From contig MU054220.1 in NCBI GenBank assembly GCA_013239625.1, positions 4,647,328 through 4,711,327 on the forward strand: a stretch of DNA of 64,000 nt, read 5' to 3'. The notes below the pieces were generated by a model that saw nothing but the letters and a program-made list of their open reading frames with translations, did not search any database and had not been told where the DNA came from. The first letter of the stretch is position 1, and each line of letters begins with the position of its first letter. The translations under genes and the position numbers were made by a program. Source of the stretch: Lama guanicoe (taxonomy: Eukaryota). Positions 49,702 to 61,905 of the stretch are shown here, one piece after another.

Positions 49702-51090
49702 CTGGGGGAAAGGCCAGTCTGGGTAAAGGAGATGTCTGAATTTTTCCATTTCAAAACAAATGCATTTTAATCCTTTGAAACACTGACATTGACTTTTCGG
49801 ATAATAACCTAGGGTTCATTTCTACGTTCACCAAATATTTTCTAAGCACCTAGTATGTGCCTGGCACTGTGCGAGGCCCTGGGAAAACTGTAGTGAATTA
49901 AAGCCCTGTGGAGACAGCAGGGGCAGAGGTGTCAGAGTGGGAAAGAGCGAGGGAAACAAAGAGACCATTAGGGATCTGCTTTAATAAATAAAACAATTCC
50001 TAGTTACCACATCAATATGGTAAATTAGTGTTTGCCAAATAACTAAATCTAGTGTTAACGTGCTCCTTGAAAACTGTTACTTGTATGATTTATCACTGTG
50101 CCAGGAGCTATTTTTAGCCCAGCCCTTTTTCAGGCTGAGCTGGAAGAAAAACAAGGTCAAGATGATGTAAGACTGCTAGTAAGTTTTGTGCACCTGAGTT
50201 TTCAGGTAACTTCAATGACTAAATTTATTCCCTGATTAGAACATGAGCACTTTCACACCTTTGCTCCTACTGTCTCCTCTTCCTGGAGTGCCCTTCCCCC
50301 TCCCTGTTCACCTGGAGGACCCCTGAGGCCCTCATCAGTCAGGTGCTTTTGCTCTTCCATTGCATCCTTTGCATACATAGAGCAGAGCATTGAACATACC
50401 ATATGATAATTTCTTATTTCTTTGTGTAATTGCTCCCACTGGATTGTTAGTTCCTCCAGGGAAGGACTGTTCTTCCATTTCGAACCTGGAAATCTACATA
50501 TAATCATAAATGAACAATAAATGTCTGTTGAATGAATGAGCCTTAAACCTTTGATTAAATCATGGTTCCCTCACCTGAAAAACGGGGCTAATAATTTAAG
50601 AAAGTGGAATTGCAACTGCCTGGGAAAATTTAAAGCGTCATTCAAACTTTTTCCCATTATTTACCAGATGTAAGCACAAATTTCCTCTTTCTGATACTCA
50701 AGTTCCTATGCAGGTACATGTGAGTTCTGATTTGTAGGGTTTGGGCTTTGTTTGAATCAGTCACTCCATTTTGCAGTCAGCTGTCATATCCAGTGTATTT
50801 TAACATGTAATTGTATTTCACATGAAGAAAAACCTTCATGGTTTGTGATACATTCAAAGGGCAAAAAACCCTTTAATTTGTGAGTTTTAAAAGCACAGAA
50901 TTCTAGACCTAAGCAGACATATCAACTTAGCCTTCAGGACAAAATTCCTCTTCTTTCCACATAAATGTGGTTATTTGAATGCAAGATGTTTACAGATTAT
51001 AGTATTATAAAAATGCAGGGCTGAATGGATACACATACATCCCATTAGAGTCATAATTCAATCCCTGATGTATCTGTCACTTTAAATCTA

Positions 51091-51286
51091 CACTGTCCAA
51101 CACAATAGTCACTAGCCACATGGCCATTACTAAATTTAAATTAGATAAAATTAAAAATTCAGTTCCTCAGTCACACTAGCCACATCTTAAGTGCTCAAAA
51201 GCCACATGTACCTGGGGGCTATCAAACCATGCAGCCCAGACATAGAATATTCCCATCCTCATAGAAAGTTCTACTGGACAACACTG
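51091..51286. mobile_element. MER3-like hAT-Charlie MITE
   Basis: cactgtccaa...actagccacatggcc...cactagccacatcttaagtgctc...gaaagttctactggacaacactg. Confidence 0.8.
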
Positions 51287-52153
51287 CCTTCAGTGAATGA
51301 AACAGTTTCATACCAAATTACTGAGAGAATTCCTTCCATATGGCTTTCTGCCTGCAGTAATGAAAACAGTGAGGTATTTCAAAAACGGGGTAGTCAGGAA
51401 AAAAGGAAATATTTTTCATAGGTTGATAGGATACAAGAGTTTATGTAAAAGTTCATTCTTTGAAGTGATTATTATTCCAATTAATAACAATTCATCTTGT
51501 TTAGCAAACTCTTCTCCATGTGACACAGACCTTTTTCTTAATGTGCATCTCCAACCTCACCTTAGAATTCAAGGCGCAATCTTCTAAAAGCCTTCCCATC
51601 TTAAAAGTCTGATCATCTTCTTCAAATGAATACATCACACTAGAAAGTATTTTATCTGCTAAAATATATAAAGCATATTTTATTGGGGACTCTTTTTTTG
51701 TATTTTCATTTCATTTTATTAAAATATTGGGGACTCTTAATAGCTAAATGTTAATTCTATTAAATTTAACTTTAGAATACACTTTTGAATGATTCTTTCT
51801 AAAGCTAAAATATCTCTGCAAACTTATCTGAATTTAAAAGATAACAAATTTATCCAGTACTAAGATTTGTACTTTATATCCATGAAGTAGGTTCTTTTCC
51901 TTTGAATTAAACAAGCTTTCAAAAGTAGGATGCAAAAGTGGCTAAAAAAAGAAATTGTACAAATTTTCAAAGAATTCCAAAGTATAACAGTAAGTTATTT
52001 ACTCAATTAAAAAAAAACTATGTATATTTGCTCTGGACTCTCTTGGGAGGCAAGATATGTATTTATGTTCAAGCACTAGATTAAAACCCAAAGGAAACTT
52101 CATTTTAATAAAAATCATCTTCAATAGAAATTTTTTCTGTGTTTGGTGCTCAT

Positions 52154-52181
52154 CAGCGCCCTCTACAGTCAGTTATTACAG
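52154..52181 (-). promoter_or_regulatory. Putative CTCF site (core plus upstream motif)
   Basis: Minus reads CTGTAATAAC-TGACTGTAGAGGGCGCTG, close to core CCAGCAGAGGGCGCTG and upstream CTGCAATACC; the CpG is retained. Confidence 0.55.
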
Positions 52182-55166
52182 TTCAATGTGAACCTGATCT
52201 TAAAACATCATAATTCATTATTTAAAACAAAAGTGATAAAATAAAGGTAAAGAATTTTGAAAGAAACTAAATCACAGTCATATCATAATTTCCCTCAAAA
52301 AATTCAAAATTCCCTTCTAAAAGTCCACATATGCTTTTAAAAAAAAATGAGCTGTTTGGCAGTGTCTTCTTAAGATATTTATATCATTTTGCCAAAAGAT
52401 GGTTCAAGTAAAAAACATTATGCCTTTTGAAGTTTACTATGCAAAGATCCTTGCTTAAAAATATGTATTTTTAAGATTTTTGTCACATTTTTTATTTCCA
52501 GTTGTCCTCTATATGCCTAAATTTTAAAAATCACTCTAAATGTAAAAAAAGTTTACATAATATATACTCAATTAAAATAAAGGAAGTTTATATTTCTTGA
52601 ATATGATGAAAATTTCAAATGACAATTCATTATAAAGATAGTTGGCCCAGGTTTTTGTAAGAGTCAAGAAGAAAGCCTATGTTTACTATTTCTCAGCTAT
52701 CACCCATCACTTTAATCTCCAAATTTCCACCAAAACAAAAATTATCCAGTCTCTTTTAATGCTTCCCCTTCAACTGAGTGATCCAGTTCTCCAACCCTAG
52801 AAAGGCAGAGACACCAAGGAAGCCTGCAGGCACAATGTGCACATCATCATGCAGCAGAATTCAGCACCCCCTCACGTTGGCTGCATTCCCCAGCCTAGAG
52901 CTGCAATGTACCAGCCCATGTTCTGAGTCCATGTTCTGAGCCTCTGCAAGGTTAAAGGATACTCTCAGGGGCTCAGGCACATGCAGTCACCATACCCACA
53001 GATGAAGCCCTGTGTTCAGCAAAAGACCACATTCAGGCCAGCAGTCAGTTCTTTCTATTCAGGAAAGAGGGGAGTAGTGGTCCATTCACAATTTTCTGAA
53101 TGCTTTAAATATACATAGATACAGTAGCAAAATGTTTATTGTTTATATCCACTGAATTAATTTCAGGCTTTCTTTTCTCTTTTTTTTTCAAAGTCATTGT
53201 TTGAGTTCATTCTAGGAGGAAAAATGTAATTACTCCCTGCTCTCAACTCTTACTAAACTTGCCTGATGTTTCATAAACTGAATACATCATTACGAAGGGG
53301 ACAAAACACAGCAAAGCGTTGTATCAACTACTTTGTCAAAGGAATGAAGTCAAAGTCCTACTAATAAATCCCTCTTTGAATCTTCAACAGACTCATTAAG
53401 AGGAGGACTTACACACAGCAGTCTTGCTTATGAGGGGTGAAAACAAGCTCTTTCTTTTATGTAGAAAATAGTTACGCAGCTTGGATGGTAGGTACCTGGA
53501 TGTGTTGCATCATCTCCCTCTGCTGCTTATTACCTGGGCTATTTCACTGCCCTGTGTTTTCTCCACTGGAGGGCACAGTTAGCTAAAAGAAAATTTGGTG
53601 AAACCTGATTTGGTCTGTTCTCCAGTTCCAGAAAAAGTATGGGTGAGAAATGAGGTTAAAGATGCTCTCAGAAAGGATGTTTCTGTAATATTTCTGAATT
53701 TCACTTATCTCTGTTCTCCTTGAAAACCGCTGTAAAAGATAATCACTAATTGGCTCACAGCTAAAACAAAAAATATATATATTATAAACACCACTATCTA
53801 TAAAATATAAATAAAAGATGAGGCGGAAAGCAAAGAACGATTTTTTTAATGGTGAAAATGACCCACTTTGGGTACAGAATAATATAAAAAGTAAGTGAAA
53901 ATGGAAATTCTCCTCTTCAACAAGCATATACACGACTACCATGGTCCCAGCAAGGCATCACCACGAGAATGTGGTGTTGAATCACTCAGTTCCTTAGCGA
54001 TAACATAAATCACATGCTCAGCAAAAATAGTTTATTTTTATTTTCTACATTATCATTTTAGAGATAAAGCCAATAGGGAATGCTATTCAGCAATTCACTT
54101 ACAGCTGCCTTTTCTTTACAAACCGAATCAATCCTAGGGGTGTAGTTTCAATATGTTTAGGAAAAAGAGATACATACATACTGCACTTCTAGATAAAGTC
54201 AATAAATGTACAGCTTTCAGAGGAGCTTACAAAGCAACAGTCTCTTGTTATTTTAAAAATTGCTTTTGAATAAAATTGTTTCTAGGCTTCAACTTATCAG
54301 GAAACCTTCTAAGTTTCTATCGTGGAAGCTTACTTTATGTATATTCCCAGGCAATGTTTTATTAGGTCAAATGACAAAGTATTATAACTTTGTTTTTTAT
54401 TCTACATAGACCAAATTAATTTTTTAAAGTAGCAAATGGGGCAAAATAACTTGATAGGATTAAGTCTTCAAAAAGATCATCTAAATATCATGTATACTCA
54501 GACAAATCATTCATGTTATTTTAAGTGATTCACCGAAGAAATCCAAAACTTCCAGCAACAGTCTCTTACATAATTCAATGGCAGCAAGACCAATCCTCTG
54601 CAGGCCTAAGAAGGAATTCCATCTGCCTGATAACACAATCAGTCACTCCCAATCCTTTCCCCCATTTATTTAAATCATGGCTATCTGTACCAGAGTATTC
54701 TAGGCAGTGGGAAAAGTTAGTACAAAATTTGTGCTGTAGATGTACAAGGAACAAACAGCAAGAAGGCCAGTATGAATGGACTGGGGAGAGGCAATTCCAT
54801 TCAGGTCTGAGTTCAAACGTTACCTAGTGAGAAAATCGTGCCTAACCACCCTACGTATACTAGCAAGGAAACAAACTCCCTCTCCATCGTCCTCTGTTAC
54901 TCTCTATCATCTACGTTGCTCTACTTTTCTTCTCAGTACATCTCATCACAAGACTGACCAAATAGTCATCTGTTTGCTTACTGTCCATCGTTTCCTATTA
55001 AAATACAAGTTCCATGAGAGCCAAGCCTTGGCCCATTTTGTCCACTGCTATACCCCCAGCACACTGCAAAGTATCTGGGACACCAAAGGTGATCAAGTAT
55101 TTGTTAAATCAATTAAATGAAAGAACAATGATGGGTGTATGGAGACAGCTCAGAAATAGAGGATGT

Positions 55167-55323
55167 TGAACTATATTCAATATCTTGTAGTAACCTATAA
55201 TTAAAAACAATATGAAAATGAATATATGTATGTATATGGATGTTTGAAACATTATGCTGTACCCCAGAAGTCAACACAACATTGTAAAAGGACTATACTT
55301 CAATAAAAAAAAAAAAGTAAAAA
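55167..55323 (+). mobile_element. Short L1 tail
   Basis: aactatattcaatatcttgtagtaacctataa...acaacattgtaaaaggactatacttcaataaaaaa. Confidence 0.85.
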
Positions 55324-56842
55324 GGTGATACCATTTCCTGGATGATATATCCTTGAAATATCGTCATATGCCTGATATGAGGTGCCAATACCAAATAAGG
55401 GATAGACATGGTAGCAACGTAAAAATGTAACAACAAATACAGAAGAAAAGGGGACGTAAGAACTACAAAATTAAGACTGGTAATAATAATAGCTGTCCCA
55501 GTCTTCTTGTACTTGCCTTTGACCCATTATCAAAAAATCAGATCCTTTTACTCAGCAGCAGTAGTACCTTACCTCAGGTAATAGCTGTTTCTTAAACACA
55601 AGAACAGTCATCTTTCCAAAACCAAGGCATGTTTCATCTCTAAAAGAGGAAGGTGGTAAAAGAACACATACAAAACACATATACACATGTGCACACACAC
55701 CTTCATTCACAGGGCAAAATCTGACTAAGTTACTGAATCTCTTAGCAGAAGGGGCATGCCGACTCAAAGAAGCACAGCTTCCCCCAGAGCCCCAGCAATG
55801 GTGCATGGCTCATCAGGGTCCTGACAGGCCTGAGAGGCTTAATTTCCAATTGCACTCAGTCCCTTTAGACTTGCTCCTTACAGTACTGCTATTCAAGAGG
55901 AACTCAAACCATCTCTCTATCTTCTTTTTAAAATAGTATTTAGATTCACACATCAGTTCTCCTGGTTCTTAAAACAAACTCAGCATCAGTAAGGCCATGT
56001 CCTCAAATGGGATACAAAGCAGAGTCCATGTCCCTAAGCTCCTCATAACTTTGCTCCAGGCTTTTCAGTGACTCAGATGGCACATTTCCTCATTTGAATT
56101 TGGAAGACAAAGGAATTTAAATAACACTGAATCGCTAACCTTATACTTGATTACTGTCTCAAACCAGGACTATCTGAAATGGATTTCATAATTTTTATAC
56201 TTAATACACTAATGTGGAGAAATGGCAAAGCTAAGATTATAACACCAGGATAATGAACACTATGACTTCTTATTTGCTTTAGAATGGATTTAGAGAGAAA
56301 TAAGCACTAAAGATGGTAACAGACCCATGTATACAAATACCCATCCCAACTTCACTGCTTCAGACTCAGTTCTGATCCTTTTCCAATACAGTTGAACTAC
56401 ATTGGGTCAAGGTCTTCAAATTACCAAGAACACCCTAAATATAAATTTACTTAGACTAACTTAAAGTAGACCATCCTATGACATTTACTTCAAGTTAACT
56501 GAAAACCCACTATTCCTGAATCATTTGGTAACAGTTCTCAAAGAATGTTGGCAATAAGACAATTTTCACATACCTATAACTCTGGCTTTATTAACTGTGG
56601 ACCTGAACACTAAAATAATTTAATGGCCTAATATGGCCAAGAACTCAAGGACCAGCATAATCAAGAGTGAGACTAGCTAATGAAACTTGCAATCACATCT
56701 CATACCAAAGTTGGCCTCCTATCATCCATTTCAACAGCCAAATAAACAGCAATATATTAAGTTCACCAAAATCTATAGGGCTTTAAATCATTTATAAAAT
56801 TTTATTCAAAACAAGAAAATTTCCCTCCTTTTCCACCAAATC

Positions 56843-57356
56843 TGTAGGTGAGGACGCTTTTGGTTGCAAGTAACAGAAACAGCTTTTAAGAAAAATGGGA
56901 TTTATTATCTCAAAATAACAGGAAGGGTAAGGCACCTCCAGCATGGGTGAATTCAGAGGCTCAGTAACAGCATCAAAAGATCCAGGGGCTTTCCATCTTT
57001 CTGCTCTGTCATCTCAGTGTGTTGCTTTGTCCCCTGTGGTCCCAAGGATGGCTACAGACATCATATCCTCACAGACGAACAAAACCCTTCCTTTTGCCTC
57101 GTTTTAAAGGGGAGGAAAGCCTTTTCAGAAGCCCACCCTCCAGAAGATTTCTCACATCTGGCCAGAACTGTGCTACATGCCTATTCCTAAACCAGCCTCT
57201 AATAAGGGGAAAGGAATCATCAAGATAAGCTTAAGTTACTCAAGACTGGGCCCCTGGGGCTGAGGAGAGGGCCAACCTTCTCTGAAGTCTATGGTTCTCC
57301 AATACCTGTACACATTTGGCATTCTGTCAACAAGCAACCAACCACATCCGCCACCA
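56843..57356 (-). mobile_element. MLT1K/L-like MaLR LTR
   Basis: ttttggttgcaagtaacagaaac...ggctttccatctttctgctctg...ggccagaactgtgctacatgcc. Confidence 0.75.
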
Positions 57357-57724
57357 CTCCCTCAAATGTGGAAATTTGGTGGAAATCATCTCCCATTTAG
57401 TAGATCAGAATTAAATTATGAAGGGGAAGAGGTTAACTCATACTTTAATGCAAACATAAACCTATGAGGTCCATTCAATATTTCGTCAGTCATCTGTGTT
57501 TATAAAAAACGTTAAAACACTTAAAACAGGCCAATCCATCGACCACCCCGAGAGGTAGCAAAAACCTCCACCCACAATGATACATCAACATGTGCTTCAA
57601 ATCTACTGTGTTTCTTTTATAATTTCCAGGAAATAACTCCTTCTCTATCTATTTCTTGGTCTTTATTTGGTGCTTTGCTTAAAGGAAATGAAACCAAGGG
57701 CAAAGAGAATGATGGGAATTACCA

Positions 57725-58133
57725 CTAAGCTGGCGGTGCCCCGTCCATGCCCACTCTGGCCGCACCATTGAAGAGCACATTCCAAACGCGTATCACTGCC
57801 CAATGGCTTTATCTGGTGGCTGAAGCCAAAAATATCCAAGCACACAGTGGACACAAGTGCCCTTGAATTAAATGCTCCTCGCCACCAACAGCCTTTAACC
57901 AGTGACTAATGGCTGCTGGTGTAGCAATACCGGAGCTTCCAGGCCCCGTAGGTGGAGGAACTCTGAGACTCGAATTCTACACTAGTTCCAGGTGATCACA
58001 GGCCTTGATAATGGCCTCTTTGTTGGCTGTGTTCCCCACTTCCCTCTGTACTGGTGTTTTTTGGGGTTACCTTCCAAATAAACTACACTTGAATCCCTGT
58101 CTCAGTATCTGCTTTGGGGGGAACCAAGAGACA
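57725..58133 (+). mobile_element. LTR16-like ERVL solo LTR
   Basis: ggcggtgccccgtccatg...ccttccaaataaactacacttgaatccctgtctcag...tgctttggggggaaccaagagaca. Confidence 0.75.
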
Positions 58134-59439
58134 GAAAAGAAAAGTAAATGTTTCCATTTGAAGAATTATTAACAAGCAAATTGCCCCACAAAAGTCATTC
58201 ACAATTTTCAAAGATGTATTTTGAAGCAAATATTATTAGAAGATTTGGATATTTATACATAGTCCTAATATTAGCTATATTTGTAAGAATCAGATTCAAG
58301 ATACATCTGGAAAATATTTCCTCATATCAAAGATAATAATTTTGCTAGGGAGATCTAAAAGGAACTGTTATGTCATCAATGTCAATTCATAAGAATCTAA
58401 CTTAAATAAAGGTGAGAGCAGAAAACCTTTAACTCAAGAAAAACAGCTAAGTATCTTTAAGCCTGAGATAGAAACAATAGGGTACTGAGTGAGAAATGAC
58501 AGGAACTTATAATCACCTCTTACAGTAACATTTATAATATAATAATGGGACTTTAAACAGTTATGTCAAGCTTGAAAGTATTCCAATTATATCAGAGTTA
58601 AAATGACACTTCACTACCAGTAATTTAACTCTATCCCAAATCCATTATACCTAACTGCAGATTTTGCATGCGTTAAAAATAAAGTTGAAGCTTATGTGTT
58701 TATTTTAAACTAACACAATTAGTGGTTAAATTAATTTAATTTTTAATTCAGAAACTCAGTTTATATCCACAAAGTTGTTTTTTTAATCTGTTTTAGGTAG
58801 TTTCTAAAACTGACATATATTAGATAATCACATCAAAAGAGACTTAGGTGTTGATCACGACAAAGTTACAACAGATCCCAAAATAAATCTCTGAAGCAAT
58901 TTGAACCTCACACAAAGGATCTGATCAACTCATGGGGCAATTCTATTTCTAGATTCCTAATTGAAAAATGGAAGGAGAAAAAAAGCCCAGTGTCTTGTTT
59001 GTGCATAATGCTTTGCACTGTCTACAGTGCTTCAAAACAGGACTCTGAGACTCAGTATCTCTGAATATAGACAAAGTGGGTATTTTTAGACATATCTGAT
59101 TGTTGAAATAAACAGAGTGGCTGACTGAAGATTCCACAGCTAATAAATGTCAAAGGTGGGACGGTCTATGAATTCAGGTCTTCTGATAGTCGGCTTCCCT
59201 GCTTTTCTGCCTAAAAAGGAAAAGAGCAAACATTCACCAAGCCGAGACACAAAGTGCTACATGGGATGCACTCAAACAGCTCAAAAATAACATTCGCCTT
59301 TTCCTAAAATATTACATACTGAGGCTCCAAATTTTCCATAGACTATAAGATACAGCATATAACTTATGATGATGATAAATGATTGCTGAGCCAAAGGACT
59401 TTGGTAAGGAACTTATGATATCAGGCTCAGCCTGGTGCT

Positions 59440-60620
59440 AATCTATAGTAAGATTGTCTGACATCCACACAGAACCACACAGAGATCATTATTTTCCTCC
59501 CAAACCCTGCTCCTTCTCTGTGTTTCCAAGGTCAACAACTAGTGTCAGTGTCTGCCCAGACACCTCACAGCCATTGAATTCGCCAGCTCCTTCACCCCCA
59601 CAACCTGTTTATGATGAGGGCCCAGGACTTCCAGCTCCTCCCTCTCTCTTGTCTGACTCCCCCTGCTCAGTCTCTGCCCCATTACCTGAATCCAAGCCAC
59701 CATTACCCAATGCCTGGCTTACTGCCACCACCAGCCTCCCGCTGAATTCCCCTATCTCCTGGGTGTCTGCCTCCACATCCCTCCTCCAAAATGCCAGGGC
59801 AAACTGTCCTAAATATATATAAACTTGATCATGACATCTACTGCTTAAAATCTTCCAATGACTTCCCACTGCCCCAGGATAAACAAAAGCCTTGCAGAGA
59901 CTCAAGGTCCTTTTTGACTGGCCCAGTGCCCATTCCTCTAGTCTAATCTCTTTCTTCTCTCCTCCCAAGAACCTTCAGCCCAAAGCTCCTGAATGCTGCT
60001 CTCACTTTCCTCAAGGTCTTCACTCAAAGTGTTCCCTCTGCTGGAAAAACTCCCCTCTCCTTCAACCCCCATTATCTGCCTGTGTCTAATTCATCAGCAC
60101 GGTCTGCAGAGTTAACATGAGTTCAAACCCCAGGTTCTCCTCCAGTTTTACTAGCTATGTGACTTTGGGCAAATTGTTTGACCTCTCTATTACCTTAACT
60201 TTCTTTCAGTAAAATGTAGATATTAATAGGACCAACTTTATTGGATTATGTGAGGAGTAAATGAATTCACTAAGGTATTTAGAAGCATATCTGGCACATA
60301 GTAAGCTTTTTAATAAACACTATCTTATTACCATTATTAACATCATCTTCTTCCTTCTACTTCTTTTCTTCCACACCTTTGATTAAATGTTACTTCTTCC
60401 AGAAAACCTTTACATCCCTGAACTAGGTTAGTGCCCCCATAGCTGGCTCCTACTAAACTTCCTGGAGCTGCTTATGTAATGCTTTGTGTTCTCCACTAGA
60501 CCAATGCAAGTATACACCATGGCTTCTTCCTTGCTCACCATTCTGTTTCCATATCCAGTGCTGTATCTGGCACATAGTCAGCATGTAATGAATATTCATC
60601 TGCTGAATGAATGAATGGCC
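59440..60620 (+). mobile_element. L2 fragments interrupted by MIR (~60090-60330)
   Basis: ctgcttaaaatcttccaatgacttccc...tgttccctctgctggaa; MIR ctagctatgtgactttgggcaaatt; L2 end tgctgaatgaatgaatg. Confidence 0.75.
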
Positions 60621-61438
60621 CAATGCCACTATTTAATCACTACAAAAGTCATCCAGATAGCCAAATAAAATTGGAATTTCTTCTGGTTAAACCTAAGCCC
60701 ATTTTGCTACTTCTTTATCATTTAGAGGACTTAAAGTTGAAAAAAAAAAAAAAAGAAAAGACTAATTAGAACATCCTCTCCAGTCTATTGGCCCAGTATC
60801 ACTTATGTTAATTCCACAATAAAGGTAATTTTTTAAAACTCCACCTCTAAAGAAAGCAAACAGATTTAAAACTTCCTTGTATCTAAATGTAATAAAAGTG
60901 AACTAAGAAATAGGGCCACTAAAAACAAAACAAAACAAAAAACACACAAACAGAAAATAAGAAAATATTATTCTCTCAATTCTTCATTGTTAAGCTTCCA
61001 AAGTCTTCAGCTATCCTTCCTAGGGTCTTCCTTAAAGCAAATTAAAATTCCCATATTTGCATCTACCAAAACCCATTCTTACTGACTCCCCTACCCTCAC
61101 CCCTGATCTCCAATTACTGAGATTGGGAAATACTGGATGTGTTGCATGGAGTTCTCATTGCATTGCAACATACTAGAGTTCCAAGTTTTCTTTTTTTTTT
61201 CCCCTAATCTATTTCAAATGCACAAACACAGAACTAGCCTAAAATAGAATCTCTATTTAACTGTCAAAATTATAAGTAAATATTTGGTACAGAAGTTGTT
61301 GGAAGTTTAACACTATTATAAATTGAGCCCTGGTACCAAGAATAGATATCTGGCTCAAAAGCCTGCATGTCTATTTAGTCCACTGTCTTCTAGGATTAGC
61401 TTTACCACAGTCCAGTGTTTCCCAAAATGCATGATCTT

Positions 61439-61595
61439 TTTTTTTTTTTAATGATTCTCTCTCTTTTATTTTTTTGGTGGGAGGGGAGGATAATTAGGTT
61501 TGTTTGTTTGTTTTTTAACAGAGGTACTGGGGATTGAACCCAGGACCTCGTGCATGCTAAGCAGGCGCTCTACCACTGAGTTATACCATCCCCCG
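61439..61595 (-). mobile_element. tRNA-derived camelid SINE (vic-1 type)
   Basis: gaggtactggggattgaacccaggacctcgtgcatgctaagcaggcgctctaccactgagttatacc. TSD caaaatgcatgatctt / caaaatgcataatctt (61423-61438, 61596-61611). Confidence 0.9.
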
Positions 61596-61700
61596 CAAAA
61601 TGCATAATCTTAAGAATCAACCTATTTGTTAAAAATACATTTCCCATTCTTAGTTTTTGATTTAGTAGGTCTGTAGTGAAGCCCTAAGCACAAATTGAAA

Positions 61701-61905
61701 TTTTTTTTTAATTTTTTATTGAAGTGTAATTGATTTACAGTGTAGCTTCAGGTATACAGCAAAGTGATCCAGTTACACACACACACACATTTTTTTTTCT
61801 TTTCAGATTCTCTTCCATTATATGTTGTTACAAGGTATTGAATATAGTTCCCTGTGCTATACGATAAGTCCTTGCTGTTTATCTATTTTATACATAGTAA
61901 TGTGT
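61701..61905 (-). mobile_element. L1 tail, sense to the host gene
   Basis: T tract, ttttattgaagtgtaattgatttacag...gaatatagttccctgtgctatacg. Confidence 0.85.

Noticed and set aside
50108..50117. Isolated perfect MEF2 10-mer CTATTTTTAG
   Set aside because: A single AT-rich motif between L2 fragments with no supporting cluster; plausible by chance.
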